Assembly (NCBI GenBank): GCA_040756235.1
Contig: JBFLZG010000130.1
Location: 57,905-121,904, forward strand
Direction of reading: 5' to 3'
From: a bacterium
GTDB taxonomy: Bacteria > Desulfobacterota > DSWW01
DNA length: 64,000 nt
Under the pieces are notes generated by a model. The model was not told the DNA's origin and did not search any database. It saw nothing but the letters and a program-made list of their open reading frames with translations. Below, one piece after another: positions 43,136 through 52,817 of the stretch. The position numbers were made by a program, and so were the translations under genes. Within the stretch, counting starts at the first letter, position 1; each line of letters opens with the position of its first letter.

Positions 43136-45076
43136 TTGATCCGTCGAACGGGGAGATACGGAGGCGCGCGACGATCCGTGTCTCCCTTTTTGTTTCTCCT
43201 GGTCGCCGTCCAGGCCTGCAGCGCCGGGCTCGCCGCGGCCGCGAGCGGCCCGGGAGCGGATGCCCTGCTGGAGCGGGCGGCCGCGCAAAGACTGCACGAG
43301 GACCCGTACTGGTGGACCCTCCTTCACTATCGCCGCACTCTGTGCGGCGTTCGCAGCCTCGTCGATGATCCGCGGTTCTTCCTTGCGCAGGACGGGAAGA
43401 GCAACCCGGAATCCGAGCTGCACGCCACGCTCCGCGCCCTGTTCGAGCCGGGCGGGGAAGGCTCGGAAGAGCTCGCGTGCAGGTTCGTGGCTCGCCACGC
43501 CTGGCTGCGGGAAAGGCTCGGCGCCGGGGAGTTGGGCATCCCGGAGACGAGCTGCCGCAGCTTCCAGGAGACCATGGACAGGATCCGGCCGAGGTCGGTG
43601 ACCCTGACTTTTCCCACCTCCTACATCAACAGCCCGGCTTCGATGTTCGGGCATACCCTCCTGAGAATCGACAGCGACTCTGAAAGCAGGCTGATGTCCC
43701 AGGCGGTGAACTATGCCGCCACGGGGCTCGACACCAACGGGCTCCTGTTCGCGTTCAAGGGCATATTCGGTCTGTACAAGGGCTATTTCTCGATCCTGCC
43801 CTATTACGAGAGAGTGGAGCAGTACAACGACATCGACCAGAGGGACATCTGGGAGTATCCGCTGAACCTGACGCCGGAGGAGGTGATGCGGATGCTGAGG
43901 CACCTCTGGGAGCTGCAGTCCATCTATTCCGACTACTATTTCTTCGACGAGAACTGCTCTTACACCCTGCTGTTTCTCCTGGATGCGGCCCGCCCTTCTC
44001 TGAAGCTCACGGACTCCTTCGACCTGTGGGTGATGCCCCTCGACACGATCCGGGAGGTCCGCAGCACGGGCCTGATTGAGGGCGCCGCATACAGGCCTTC
44101 GCGAGCCGCCAGGATCCGTTATCTGATCGGCCCTCTGGACGAGGACGACCGCCGCCTGGCCCTGTCCATCGCCAGGGGCGAAGCGGAGCCCGAAGCCGTC
44201 TCGCAGGCGCTCGTGCCGGCACCCCAGACCCGGCTCCGGATGCTGGATCTCGCCGCCGAGTACGTCCAGCACCGGTACTCGGAGGAGGAGCTTTCCAGGG
44301 AAGCCTATGTGCAGCTTTTTCTCGGGATCCTGCGTGCCAGGAGCGCTCTCGGCACGCCCGGGGAGATCGAGTCCGAGGTGCCGGCGCCCGTCGAACCCAC
44401 GCTGGGCCATCCATCGAACAAGCTCGGCATCGCGGTCGGAACCCGGGATTTCGAAGGGCGTCAGCTCTTCCAGGAGGTGCGCTATCGGCCCGCGTACCAC
44501 GATCTCACCGACCCGGACGAAGGCTACATCGAGGGCTCGCAAATCGAATTCTTCGACGTGACCGTGCGGTACTATGACCGGCGCAGCCAATTGAAGCTCC
44601 AGAGGCTCGACATCGTGAACATCGTCTCGCTGGCCCCGAGGGACCGCTTCTTCAAGCCGATTTCGTGGGAAGTCGAGACCGGGCTCACTCGGGAGACCAC
44701 TCCGAAGGGAGAGGAAGCGCTGCTCTATCAGCTGAACGCCGGGGGCGGGCTCACTTACAGGAACCGTTTTGCCGGGCTCGTGTCGCTGCTGCTCGAGACG
44801 CACGTCCGCGCGGGGGAGAAGCTGGAGGACCACTACGGTCTGGGCATCGGCGGCTCGGCCGGTCTGTTGAGAAGCGTGGGCCGGCTGTGGAAAGTCCAAC
44901 TGTACGGCCGGCCCGTCTACAACGGGTTGGCCGAGTCCTACCTGCGAGTGGATTTCGGATGCCGACAGCGGTTCCGTCTCGGTGCGGCAAGCGCTCTCGG
45001 CCTCGACTTCCTCGGCAGGATGGTCGAGGGGGACCTGGAAACCGAGATCAAGCTGGGCTGGAGCGTGTTCTTTTGA
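43136..45076 (+). CDS. DUF4105 (Lnb N-terminal-like) domain protein with probable C-terminal beta-barrel
   Basis: W..LLHY, CRF.AR, NSPASMFGHTLLR, YYFFDENCSY, AYHDLTD; terminal Phe. Confidence 0.88.
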   Translation: MIRRTGRYGGARRSVSPFLFLLVAVQACSAGLAAAASGPGADALLERAAAQRLHEDPYWWTLLHYRRTLCGVRSLVDDPRFFLAQDGKSNPESELHATLRALFEPGGEGSEELACRFVARHAWLRERLGAGELGIPETSCRSFQETMDRIRPRSVTLTFPTSYINSPASMFGHTLLRIDSDSESRLMSQAVNYAATGLDTNGLLFAFKGIFGLYKGYFSILPYYERVEQYNDIDQRDIWEYPLNLTPEEVMRMLRHLWELQSIYSDYYFFDENCSYTLLFLLDAARPSLKLTDSFDLWVMPLDTIREVRSTGLIEGAAYRPSRAARIRYLIGPLDEDDRRLALSIARGEAEPEAVSQALVPAPQTRLRMLDLAAEYVQHRYSEEELSREAYVQLFLGILRARSALGTPGEIESEVPAPVEPTLGHPSNKLGIAVGTRDFEGRQLFQEVRYRPAYHDLTDPDEGYIEGSQIEFFDVTVRYYDRRSQLKLQRLDIVNIVSLAPRDRFFKPISWEVETGLTRETTPKGEEALLYQLNAGGGLTYRNRFAGLVSLLLETHVRAGEKLEDHYGLGIGGSAGLLRSVGRLWKVQLYGRPVYNGLAESYLRVDFGCRQRFRLGAASALGLDFLGRMVEGDLETEIKLGWSVFF

Positions 45077-45324
45077 GAGGCTGTCGATAAAGGCTCATCT
45101 GCGGCGTTGCGCTCATGGCGGAGGGAGGCTTGGCAAGCCTGCCCCGGCGCAGGCCGGGGTCTCCTGTGACTCCCGGTTACGCCTCATTCCCTCAGGATTT
45201 GACTCGCGCCGTCCATGGCGCTCGCCCTGCGGGCGCATCGTCCTTGCGCATGATGCGTCCAATCCCGCTGTCCTGCGGAATGGTCGCGCGCCTTGCATCC
45301 GGGCATTTCTCAACAGCCTCTCAA
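45073..45324. mobile_element. MITE-like element (~250 bp), second full copy
   Basis: TIRs TTGAGAGGCTGTCGATAAA / TTTCTCAACAGCCTCTCAA; left TIR contains the upstream TGA stop. Confidence 0.8.
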
Positions 45325-45357
45325 GAGCAGTCTTTTCGAGACCCTCTTGCGGGGGTG

Positions 45358-46719
45358 TCACGTGCAGAAACGGCGCACGAAGTCGTAGAGCACTCGCAAC
45401 CCGAACCGGAACCCCTCCACGGGAATGCGCTCGTCGTGGCCGTGCATGAGCTCGATGAACGGAAACCGCGCGGGCAGTTTCACCGGTGAAAAACCGAAAC
45501 AGCGAATACCCAGGCGGCTGTAGTGCTTGGCGTCCGTGAACCCGGGGGCCATGTAGGGAACCACGATGGCCAGCGGATCATGCAGCCTGAGGGCCTCGCT
45601 CATCCGGGCCAGAATCGGGTCCTGCAGGGGGGCGGCGACGGCCGGCATCTGGAAGACGATTTCGATCTGGTAGTCGTCCCCGATGACCGCTCGCACCTCG
45701 CGTACGAAGTCCTCGGCGGTCTGCCCCGGCAAAGTTCTGCCGTCCACTTCCAGGACCGCCTCGGAAGGCAACACATTGATCTTTTCGCCCGCCCTCAGGA
45801 CAGTAGGATTGGCGGTATTGTGGAGGACGGCGTACAGGCTTCGCGCCAGAGACTTGTCCGGGAACACCCTCTCCAGAAGGATCCGGCTGAAGCGCGGGTC
45901 GAGGATCTTGCGCAGGACCTGGCGGTTGGGAAAGGACTGGTGTCGGGCCATGGTCTCGAGGAAGACGGCGGCCTGCTCAGTCCGGTGGAAGGGGAGCCGA
46001 CGGCTGCCGAGGCGTTCGGCGGCTCTCCCGATCTTGGCCACGGCGCCGTCCCAGTTGGGAAGCGATCCGTGCCCGGGCTCACCGGTGGCCCTGATGCGGA
46101 TCCAGCAGATCCCTTTTTCCGCGGTCTGCACCGGGTAGAAATGCTTGCCGCCCACGATCCGGCTGAAACCGCCGATCTCGCCAAGGCAGTACTCGGCCTC
46201 GACCTGCTCGGGATGATGCTCGACCAGCCAGGCCGAGCCGTAGCGGCCGCCGGTCTCCTCGTCCGCCACCGCGGCAAAGATGACGTCCCGGGCCAGGCTG
46301 ACCCCTTGCCGCCGCAGCAGCAGCAGCGTGGCGAGGCTCATGGCCGCCATGTGTTTCATGTCCAGGGCGCCCCGGCCCCACAAGCACCCCTCGTCCAGCT
46401 CGCCGCCGAACGGATCATGGCTCCAGCGCTCCCGCTCCACGCCCACCACGTCCAGGTGAGCACTGAGGAGAAGCGGCCTGGCGGCGCCCGACCCCTTCAG
46501 GCGGGAGACGAGGTTCGCCCGGCCCGGCGCGCTCTCGAAGATCTCGAAGGGGATTCCTTCCTTTTCCAGGATGCCCGCCAGGTAGGCGCACGCAGGGGCC
46601 TCGCCGCCCGGGGGATTGGTCGTGTCGAAGCGCAGGAGAGCACGTAAGCACTCGAGCGCTTCTTCATCGATGGACTTCCAAGCGGTCTCTGAGATCTCTG
46701 TCCCCGCACCTGCAGACAT
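45358..46719 (-). CDS. M20/M25/M40 family metallopeptidase
   Basis: AHLDVV, GRGALDMK, DEETGG, GHGS, HGHDER. Confidence 0.93.
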   Translation of the reverse strand: MSAGAGTEISETAWKSIDEEALECLRALLRFDTTNPPGGEAPACAYLAGILEKEGIPFEIFESAPGRANLVSRLKGSGAARPLLLSAHLDVVGVERERWSHDPFGGELDEGCLWGRGALDMKHMAAMSLATLLLLRRQGVSLARDVIFAAVADEETGGRYGSAWLVEHHPEQVEAEYCLGEIGGFSRIVGGKHFYPVQTAEKGICWIRIRATGEPGHGSLPNWDGAVAKIGRAAERLGSRRLPFHRTEQAAVFLETMARHQSFPNRQVLRKILDPRFSRILLERVFPDKSLARSLYAVLHNTANPTVLRAGEKINVLPSEAVLEVDGRTLPGQTAEDFVREVRAVIGDDYQIEIVFQMPAVAAPLQDPILARMSEALRLHDPLAIVVPYMAPGFTDAKHYSRLGIRCFGFSPVKLPARFPFIELMHGHDERIPVEGFRFGLRVLYDFVRRFCT

Positions 46720-46761
46720 CGTGACCTCCTTCGGAAGGTGTCGGAGGCGCTGCCCGAGCCC

Positions 46762-47880
46762 TCAGATCCAATCTTCCTTGCGATACCACTCGACCGTCTC
46801 GCGGATGCCGACGCGAGCATCGGGGTAGAGGAAGACATATCCCAGGTCTTTCAGCTTCCGGTTGCTGTAGGAGATGTCCTTTCCCAGGAACCGGATCGTG
46901 TCCTTCTCCAGATTGGGCGGGTGGTGGGTGAAGCGGCGCGACACGGTCTTCTCGACGGCGGCCGCTCCCAAGAGGATGCCCTTGAGCAGGGAGACGGGAA
47001 ACGGGGGGAGCAGTCGCACCGGCTTGCCCGTGAGGTCGCCCATGTAGCGAACGAATTCGACCATGTTCACCTGGGTGTCGTCATTCAGGTTGAAAGCCTC
47101 TCCGAGTGCCTCCCCCCTGCTGCAGAGGAAGTGGGCTGCCGCACATACGTCCCGCACGTGGACGAAGGGGATGCGCGTGGTGAAATTGCGGGGTACGGCC
47201 AGGTGATTTCGGCTGGCGTAGTGCATCAGCAGGCGGCCCATGCCGTAGATGCCGCGAGGGCCGTAGACGCCCGTCGGGCGCAGAATCGTGTAGCGCAGGC
47301 CCTGGGTTCGGCCCAGACGCATCACGAGCTGTTCCTGCTCGTGCTTGGACTTCAGATAGTCGTTCGGAGGAGCCTTGGGGTCCTCCTCGCGGATCGGCAG
47401 GAACTCCGCGGGGGGGAACCCGTAGACGCCCCCTGCGCCCCACAAGACGAGCCTGCGGAACCCCTTTTCCGCCGCTACCAGGCCGCACAGCTCCCGGGTC
47501 CCGTCGACGTTCACTTTGCGCAATGCCTCCCACGGGGCCGAATAGCTGAAGAGGCCCGCCACATGAAAGACGTAATCCACGCCCTTGACCGCCTCCCGGA
47601 GGGTTGCCGGCCGCGTCAGGTCGGACGGGACGAACTCCACCCCGAGGGCCTTCAGTACGCCGGGAAACCTGCCCCGGCCGGGATCGTCCGTGCGATAGCT
47701 TTCCCCGAGATCCGTGGCGCGCACCCTGTGCCCGGCCTGGTGCAGGACCTCCACCATGTGGGACCCGATGAAACCGCACGAGCCCGTGACCAGGCTGAGC
47801 GGGCGGGCTGTGGTCTTGCTGCGGGCTCGGCGGCGGTTTCCCGTCCCGGAGCGGGCGGGTTTGTTGGAGGTCGGTGCCAT
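46762..47880 (-). CDS. NAD-dependent epimerase/dehydratase (extended SDR)
   Basis: VTGSCGFIG, NVDGT, YLKSK, LRPTGVYGP. Confidence 0.9.
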   Translation of the reverse strand: MAPTSNKPARSGTGNRRRARSKTTARPLSLVTGSCGFIGSHMVEVLHQAGHRVRATDLGESYRTDDPGRGRFPGVLKALGVEFVPSDLTRPATLREAVKGVDYVFHVAGLFSYSAPWEALRKVNVDGTRELCGLVAAEKGFRRLVLWGAGGVYGFPPAEFLPIREEDPKAPPNDYLKSKHEQEQLVMRLGRTQGLRYTILRPTGVYGPRGIYGMGRLLMHYASRNHLAVPRNFTTRIPFVHVRDVCAAAHFLCSRGEALGEAFNLNDDTQVNMVEFVRYMGDLTGKPVRLLPPFPVSLLKGILLGAAAVEKTVSRRFTHHPPNLEKDTIRFLGKDISYSNRKLKDLGYVFLYPDARVGIRETVEWYRKEDWI

Positions 47881-47919
47881 CAGGGCTCTCCTGCACGGGT
47901 GAGAGGAAGAGGTGCCCCA

Positions 47920-48005
47920 ACCTTATGGGACCGTACCGGAGCTGTCAATTTTTTGCTCTCTCCGCAAAGAAAAATGTTGCAAAAAAAGTTGTCTCTTGAC
48001 ATGAT
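47920..48005. promoter_or_regulatory. Divergent AT-rich promoter region
   Basis: Minus strand: TTGACA-17-TAAGGT; plus strand: TTGCAA-17-CATGAT. Confidence 0.5.
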
Positions 48006-48082
48006 TCTGCGAAAATTTCCGGGCACGAGAACCCCGAGAACCTGAGAAAGATCAAGGTCGGGATTTGACCAGCCGATGTTAT

Positions 48083-48134
48083 GTAGGGGCGACCGGCGGG
48101 CGCCCTCATCCCAGCCCGGCCGGTCGCCCTTAAC
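48083..48134. repeat. GTAG-type REP-like palindrome
   Basis: GTAGGGGCGACCGG ... CCGGTCGCCCT. Confidence 0.6.
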
Positions 48135-48200
48135 AGAGATGATCATCAGGCCCCGAGAGCTTCGGGGGGGGCAGCGCCGTTGAGCTCCTGCGCAGGCCAG

Positions 48201-49919
48201 ATGAAACGTATGGATCGCATCCGAGTTGCACGCTCCAGGGCGTTGCGCGCCCTCCTCAACGGCTTCCCCGCTCGCTGGATCCACCTCACCTACGACCTGT
48301 ACAGCAAAATCTATCAAGGGCAGCTCCGCCTGGGGCTTCCGGTTTCCCGGAAGCTGCTCAAAACGGAAGGCGAGATGCGCGCCCGGGCAACGGGGAAACT
48401 GGCGCTTGCCCTGTACCATATCTTCTATCACGCCACAGGGTCGCGGATTCCCCGTCCCGAGATCAAGCGGGTGCTGATGGACGAGCTGGACAGAAAGTGG
48501 CTCCGTCTGACCGAGGACGTGATCCTGTTGAGCAAGGATCAGCTCACGCACCTGGCGGAGGAACGCTTCCATATCGGCCGCAGGTTCTTGCCCGACATCC
48601 TGGCAGAGGCGGGACGGCGCCGGATCCTCAAGGAGACCCTGCGCCAGTACAACGTGCCTGCCTACTTCGAGAGCGAGATCGAGGAGAGGGAGCAGAACGG
48701 CCGAGGCGATTATGAGTTGGTCCATTACCGTGACTTCACCGAGGAAGGCAAGGCGATCGGTTTCAGAAGGCTGGCCAGCATGGAGGGGGTGACGGCCGGC
48801 GACAGCCGTCCTTCGGTCGTGCTCGTGCCCGGCATCGGATGCAACAGCAATTGCTTCGACCTGAGCAACCGCTACTCCCTTGCAAAGGACCTGTCCGACC
48901 TGGGGTGCTGGGTCTACCTGTTCGATCCGCGCGGCATGGGCGTGAACCAGGGAAAGTTCGACCCTCTGTGCACGGTGGACACCCTGATCGACTACGACCT
49001 GGCTACGGCGAGCCGATTCATCTACCGCAGGAGCAAAGGCAAGCCCATGATCCTGGTCGGGCACAGCATGGGCGGCATGATCTGCGAGGCCATGGTGCTG
49101 ACCTGGAGCCTGCGGCGCCACCTGCATCGCCTGGACGTGTTCAGCAGCGAACAGCGTGAGCAGCTCGACAAGATCCTGCCGCCTCTCCAGGAAGCGGAAG
49201 AGAGCCTGTCCATGATCCGGGGGATCATCAGCCTCGGATCTCCCAAGTCATTTCAAAAATGGAGTCACGTCCTCTTCCCGGCGACCCTCTGGCTGAATCA
49301 TCTCTCGCGGATCTTCCGCCTGCGCTACGTGCCCTTTCGGGAGACCATCTGGTTTCTCACCCGTCTTCCGGGAGTGCGCCTCGGGACAGAGGCGCTGATG
49401 AACACCAACGTGGCCAACCTCAACTTCCTCATCAACCCCGAAAACCACAAAGCAGACAGGAAATTCGTCACCCGATTCCTCCAGGAATGCGGCGAGTCCT
49501 TCCCTCTGGGGCTGGGATTTCAGTTCCTCAAGGCGATCTACAACGGGGAAGGCTTCAAGAGGATGGATGCGACGAGATTGAATTATTCGGAGCTGCTCAG
49601 CTTGTTTCCGGAAAACCTTCCGATCTTCCACTTCTGGGGCACCGAAGACCCCTTGGCTCCGCTCGGCAATCTGAGCTACAGCCGGAACTACCCCCATCAG
49701 GTCAAGAAGGTCTACCGGCTTGCACGGCCGCAGGATCTGGCCGGGGTCGAGATCACGACGGAGCGAAGCCAGCTCGTCGACTTCGTCGTGGAGGGGGCCA
49801 ATCACCTCGACCTTCTGTACGGCAAGAGCGCCGAGCAGATCATCCAGCCGCTCCTGGTCCGGGCCGTGCGCGAGGTCTGGGCGGGGTGGATGTATTCCGG
49901 CAAACAGATCGCCGCCTAG
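48201..49919 (+). CDS. Alpha/beta hydrolase with long N-terminal extension
   Basis: LVPGIG, FDPRGMG, YDL, nucleophile GHSMGG, GTEDPLA, NHLDLLYG. Confidence 0.88.
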   Translation: MKRMDRIRVARSRALRALLNGFPARWIHLTYDLYSKIYQGQLRLGLPVSRKLLKTEGEMRARATGKLALALYHIFYHATGSRIPRPEIKRVLMDELDRKWLRLTEDVILLSKDQLTHLAEERFHIGRRFLPDILAEAGRRRILKETLRQYNVPAYFESEIEEREQNGRGDYELVHYRDFTEEGKAIGFRRLASMEGVTAGDSRPSVVLVPGIGCNSNCFDLSNRYSLAKDLSDLGCWVYLFDPRGMGVNQGKFDPLCTVDTLIDYDLATASRFIYRRSKGKPMILVGHSMGGMICEAMVLTWSLRRHLHRLDVFSSEQREQLDKILPPLQEAEESLSMIRGIISLGSPKSFQKWSHVLFPATLWLNHLSRIFRLRYVPFRETIWFLTRLPGVRLGTEALMNTNVANLNFLINPENHKADRKFVTRFLQECGESFPLGLGFQFLKAIYNGEGFKRMDATRLNYSELLSLFPENLPIFHFWGTEDPLAPLGNLSYSRNYPHQVKKVYRLARPQDLAGVEITTERSQLVDFVVEGANHLDLLYGKSAEQIIQPLLVRAVREVWAGWMYSGKQIAA

Positions 49920-50020
49920 GAGGCCGTTGAAAGAGGCCCATCTGCGGAGCTTGTTGCCGGCCATTTGTAGGGGCGAAAGAGTTTTCGCCCTACTTCGCGC
50001 CTTGCTCCAGGCATTCTGAC
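49917..50020. repeat. Degenerate MITE copy containing a GTAG REP-like hairpin
   Basis: Starts at the TAG stop; GCCCATCTGCGG and GCGCCTTGC blocks; GTAGGGGCGAAAGAGTTTTCGCCCTAC at 49967-49993. Confidence 0.7.
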
Positions 50021-50125
50021 CCGCCCCGCCGGAATCGAAATCTTTCCGTAGATTTACAAAATTGACTTGTCTTTTGCGTCCGTTTTGACTAAAAGTTAAA
50101 GAACCTTATCACCGAGGCGACGGAA

Positions 50126-51142
50126 ATGCCCAACGGCCGGATCCCTGTCCGTGAAAAAAGGAAGCCTGTGCCACGGGCGCGGAGATCCCCGCGGCCGGCG
50201 GCCCGCTCCCTCCGCCGACCTACTGGCGCAGGGCTGTTCGCCTGGTTTGCGACCGCTTGCCTGATCGCTGCCCTTGCGGTCGCCGTGCACAAGACCGAGG
50301 GCGCCTATCGAAACCAGAAGACGGGCGCCCTCAGGTCCGCTTCGCTCCGGTTTTTCAGAGCCGCATCTCATCCGGACGTCCGCCAGGACAGAATGGCGGC
50401 CATCATCATCGACGACCTGGGTCACGACCTGGAGATGGCCGAGAAATTTCTCGCTCTCAAGCTTCCGCTCACCTATTCCGTATTGCCTTACCGGCACTAC
50501 AGCGAGGCCCTGTCCAAAAAGATCTGCGAGAGAGGAGGGGAGGTCCTTCTGCACGTGCCCCTGGAACCGAGGGACTATCCCGAGGTGAATCCGGGGGCAG
50601 GGTGCCTGCTCACGTCGATGGGAAGGGAAGCCATTCAGAGCGAAATCAACGATCAGATCGACTCGCTGCCTTGCTGCGCGGGAGTGAGCAGCTACATGGG
50701 CTCGTCCTTCACCGAGAGCGTGGCTCCGATGACCTGGATGCTTGCGGTGATTCGCGAAAGGGGTCTATTCTTTGTGGACAGTCTCACCACGCCCGAGTCC
50801 GTTGCCGGAAGGGTGGCAACGGCCCGCCGCCTGCCCTGGGCGCAGAGGAGCCATTTTCTGGATGAGCAGAGAACAGTGGACTACGTGGTCCGGCAGCTCT
50901 GCGCACTGGCCGATTCTGCTTTGCAGAACGGCTGGGCACTGGGGATCGGACACCCGTTCGAGGAAACCCTGCAGGCCCTCCCCAGAGGAATGGCGGCTCT
51001 CGCCGAAAAAGGGATCCGGCTCGTCCCCGTATCTGAGCTGACGCTGCAGGAGCGCCTGCCGCAGCGCGAATCATCGGTCTTGAGCGCCGGAAAGGGAGAT
51101 GGAAGCGACCATCCCGCTGCACCGAAGAGGCAGCCCTCCTGA
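50126..51142 (+). CDS. Divergent polysaccharide deacetylase family protein (YibQ-like)
   Basis: AIIIDDLG, LLHVPLEP, FFVDSLT, FLD, IGHP; N-terminal TM anchor. Confidence 0.9.
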   Translation: MPNGRIPVREKRKPVPRARRSPRPAARSLRRPTGAGLFAWFATACLIAALAVAVHKTEGAYRNQKTGALRSASLRFFRAASHPDVRQDRMAAIIIDDLGHDLEMAEKFLALKLPLTYSVLPYRHYSEALSKKICERGGEVLLHVPLEPRDYPEVNPGAGCLLTSMGREAIQSEINDQIDSLPCCAGVSSYMGSSFTESVAPMTWMLAVIRERGLFFVDSLTTPESVAGRVATARRLPWAQRSHFLDEQRTVDYVVRQLCALADSALQNGWALGIGHPFEETLQALPRGMAALAEKGIRLVPVSELTLQERLPQRESSVLSAGKGDGSDHPAAPKRQPS

Positions 51143-52394
51143 GGCTGTCGTACGTGGCCGGCCCGGTGGTCCGCTCCTGTTCGGGGCGGGCCTGCTGGCG
51201 ATCGTTTTGCTCTGCCTGCGGCCGGCGGAGACGGCGGGGTCGCAACCGGCCGACTCCGGCGCTAGCGTCCGCACGATCCGGCACTGGTGCCAGCCGGAAT
51301 ATACCCGCGTCGTGATCGAGACGGACCGGCACGTGCGCTATGAAGCCCACCGTCTGCCCGCGGATGCCGCCGCAAGTCGGCCGGCCAGGATCTATGTGGA
51401 CCTCTTCCGGACTGCTTGTCCCCCGGACCAGGCCGGTGAGACGGATCTGCCCGAGGGCCCGGTCCAGCGGCTCCGAGCCGCCCTGTACGATCCGACGACG
51501 ACGCGCCTCGTCCTCGACCTGCGGCAGGTGGGAGAACACCGCGTATTCTCCATGACGGAGCCGGAACGGATCGTCCTGGACCTCTGGCGGGAGAAGAAGC
51601 CGGAGAAGACGGAGCCCGCGGCGGCCGGCTCGGCCGGAGGTGCAAGTCCGTCCGCAGCGAGCCGCGCGGGCGGAATCGGCCGGCCGCGGCCGTTGATCGT
51701 CCTGGACCCGGGCCATGGGGGCGAAGATCCGGGCGCGGTGGGCCCGAGCGGTCTGCAGGAGAAAGACGTCGTGCTTTCGGTGGCCAGGAGGGTCAGTAAG
51801 ATCCTGGCGGACGAGCAGGAGGCGCGGGTCCAACTCACTCGGGACACGGATCGGTTTCTCAGCCTGGAAGAGAGGACGTCGATCGCCAATGCCCGGGGCG
51901 CCGATCTGTTCGTTTCCATCCATGCCAATGCGGCTCCGAACCCCCGCGCTCAGGGCATCGAGACCTACTACCTGGACAATACGACCGATCGGGCCGCCAT
52001 CCGCCTGGCAGCCCTGGAAAACGCCACGGCTCCTGGCAGGATCACCGATCTCCAGCGCATCCTCCGGGATCTCCAGCGGAACGCCAAGGTGATGGATTCC
52101 CACGCACTGGCCCGATTCGTTCAGAGCTCTCTGTTGCAGGGGGTGCGGGGATCGCACGCGCGGGTGCGGGACCTCGGGGCCAAAGGAAACCTCTTCTACG
52201 TTCTCATGGGTGCGAGCATGCCGAGCATCCTGGTCGAGATATCCTTCATCACCAACCCTCGGGAAGAGAAGCTCTTGCGAGATCCCGCATACCAGGACAA
52301 AGTCGCCAGGGGTATTGTCGCCGGCATTCTGGAGTATCTGGAAAGATCCTACTTCCCCGGCGTGATGGCCAGACAGGGCGGCCCCGAGGCCTAG
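51099..52394 (+). CDS. N-acetylmuramoyl-L-alanine amidase (AMIN + Amidase_3)
   Basis: YTRVVIE (AMIN), LDPGHGGEDPGA, EKDVVL, SIHANA, LVEISFITN. Confidence 0.94.
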   Translation: MEATIPLHRRGSPPEAVVRGRPGGPLLFGAGLLAIVLLCLRPAETAGSQPADSGASVRTIRHWCQPEYTRVVIETDRHVRYEAHRLPADAAASRPARIYVDLFRTACPPDQAGETDLPEGPVQRLRAALYDPTTTRLVLDLRQVGEHRVFSMTEPERIVLDLWREKKPEKTEPAAAGSAGGASPSAASRAGGIGRPRPLIVLDPGHGGEDPGAVGPSGLQEKDVVLSVARRVSKILADEQEARVQLTRDTDRFLSLEERTSIANARGADLFVSIHANAAPNPRAQGIETYYLDNTTDRAAIRLAALENATAPGRITDLQRILRDLQRNAKVMDSHALARFVQSSLLQGVRGSHARVRDLGAKGNLFYVLMGASMPSILVEISFITNPREEKLLRDPAYQDKVARGIVAGILEYLERSYFPGVMARQGGPEA

Positions 52395-52420
52395 GAGGCG
52401 AATTCTTGGACAGCTCCTAG
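52391..52420. repeat. ~30-bp palindromic mini-element overlapping the amidase stop codon
   Basis: CTAGGAGGCGAATTCTTGGACAGCTCCTAG; homologous to 2357-2387. Confidence 0.75.
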
Positions 52421-52638
52421 TCCTGCAGGCCTTTCCAAAAGGCCCCCCGGCGAAGTATTGACAACCCGGGGGAATTGTGGTTCCTTAAGACTAACAAGGG
52501 CTTACATTGGCTGAGCGGATTCGAGCCTGCCTTGCCCGCGGACGCGCGGGACCTTCGTACCGAAACTGAAGCCGCACTCCAATCTTCGAAATTGGCGAAT
52601 GGATTGTTCCAGTCCGCCACTTTGCGGGAAGGATCGCC

Positions 52639-52773
52639 ATGAAGCGAACTTATCAGCCCAGCAACATCCGAAGAAAACGGACCCACGGTTTCCGTGCCCG
52701 CATGGAGACCCTGGGAGGAAGAAAAGTCCTGAGTCGCCGGAGACGCAAGGGGCGAAAGCGGATTTGCACCTGA
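52639..52773 (+). CDS. rpmH: 50S ribosomal protein L34
   Basis: Manual translation [44 protein letters not shown]. Confidence 0.97.
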   Translation: MKRTYQPSNIRRKRTHGFRARMETLGGRKVLSRRRRKGRKRICT

Positions 52774-52817
52774 GCCGGCGAGAGCGGCTCGGAATCCGGC
52801 AGGGCCTTTCGGATCGG

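Noticed and set aside
52505..52535. tRNA T-arm-like GCAGGCTCGAATCCGC...CCA on the minus strand
   Set aside because: No TTC loop or cloverleaf; it lies in the rpmH leader.
52599..52817. N-terminal extension of RnpA in the ORF track
   Set aside because: Out-of-frame overlap with rpmH; the true start is near 52818.
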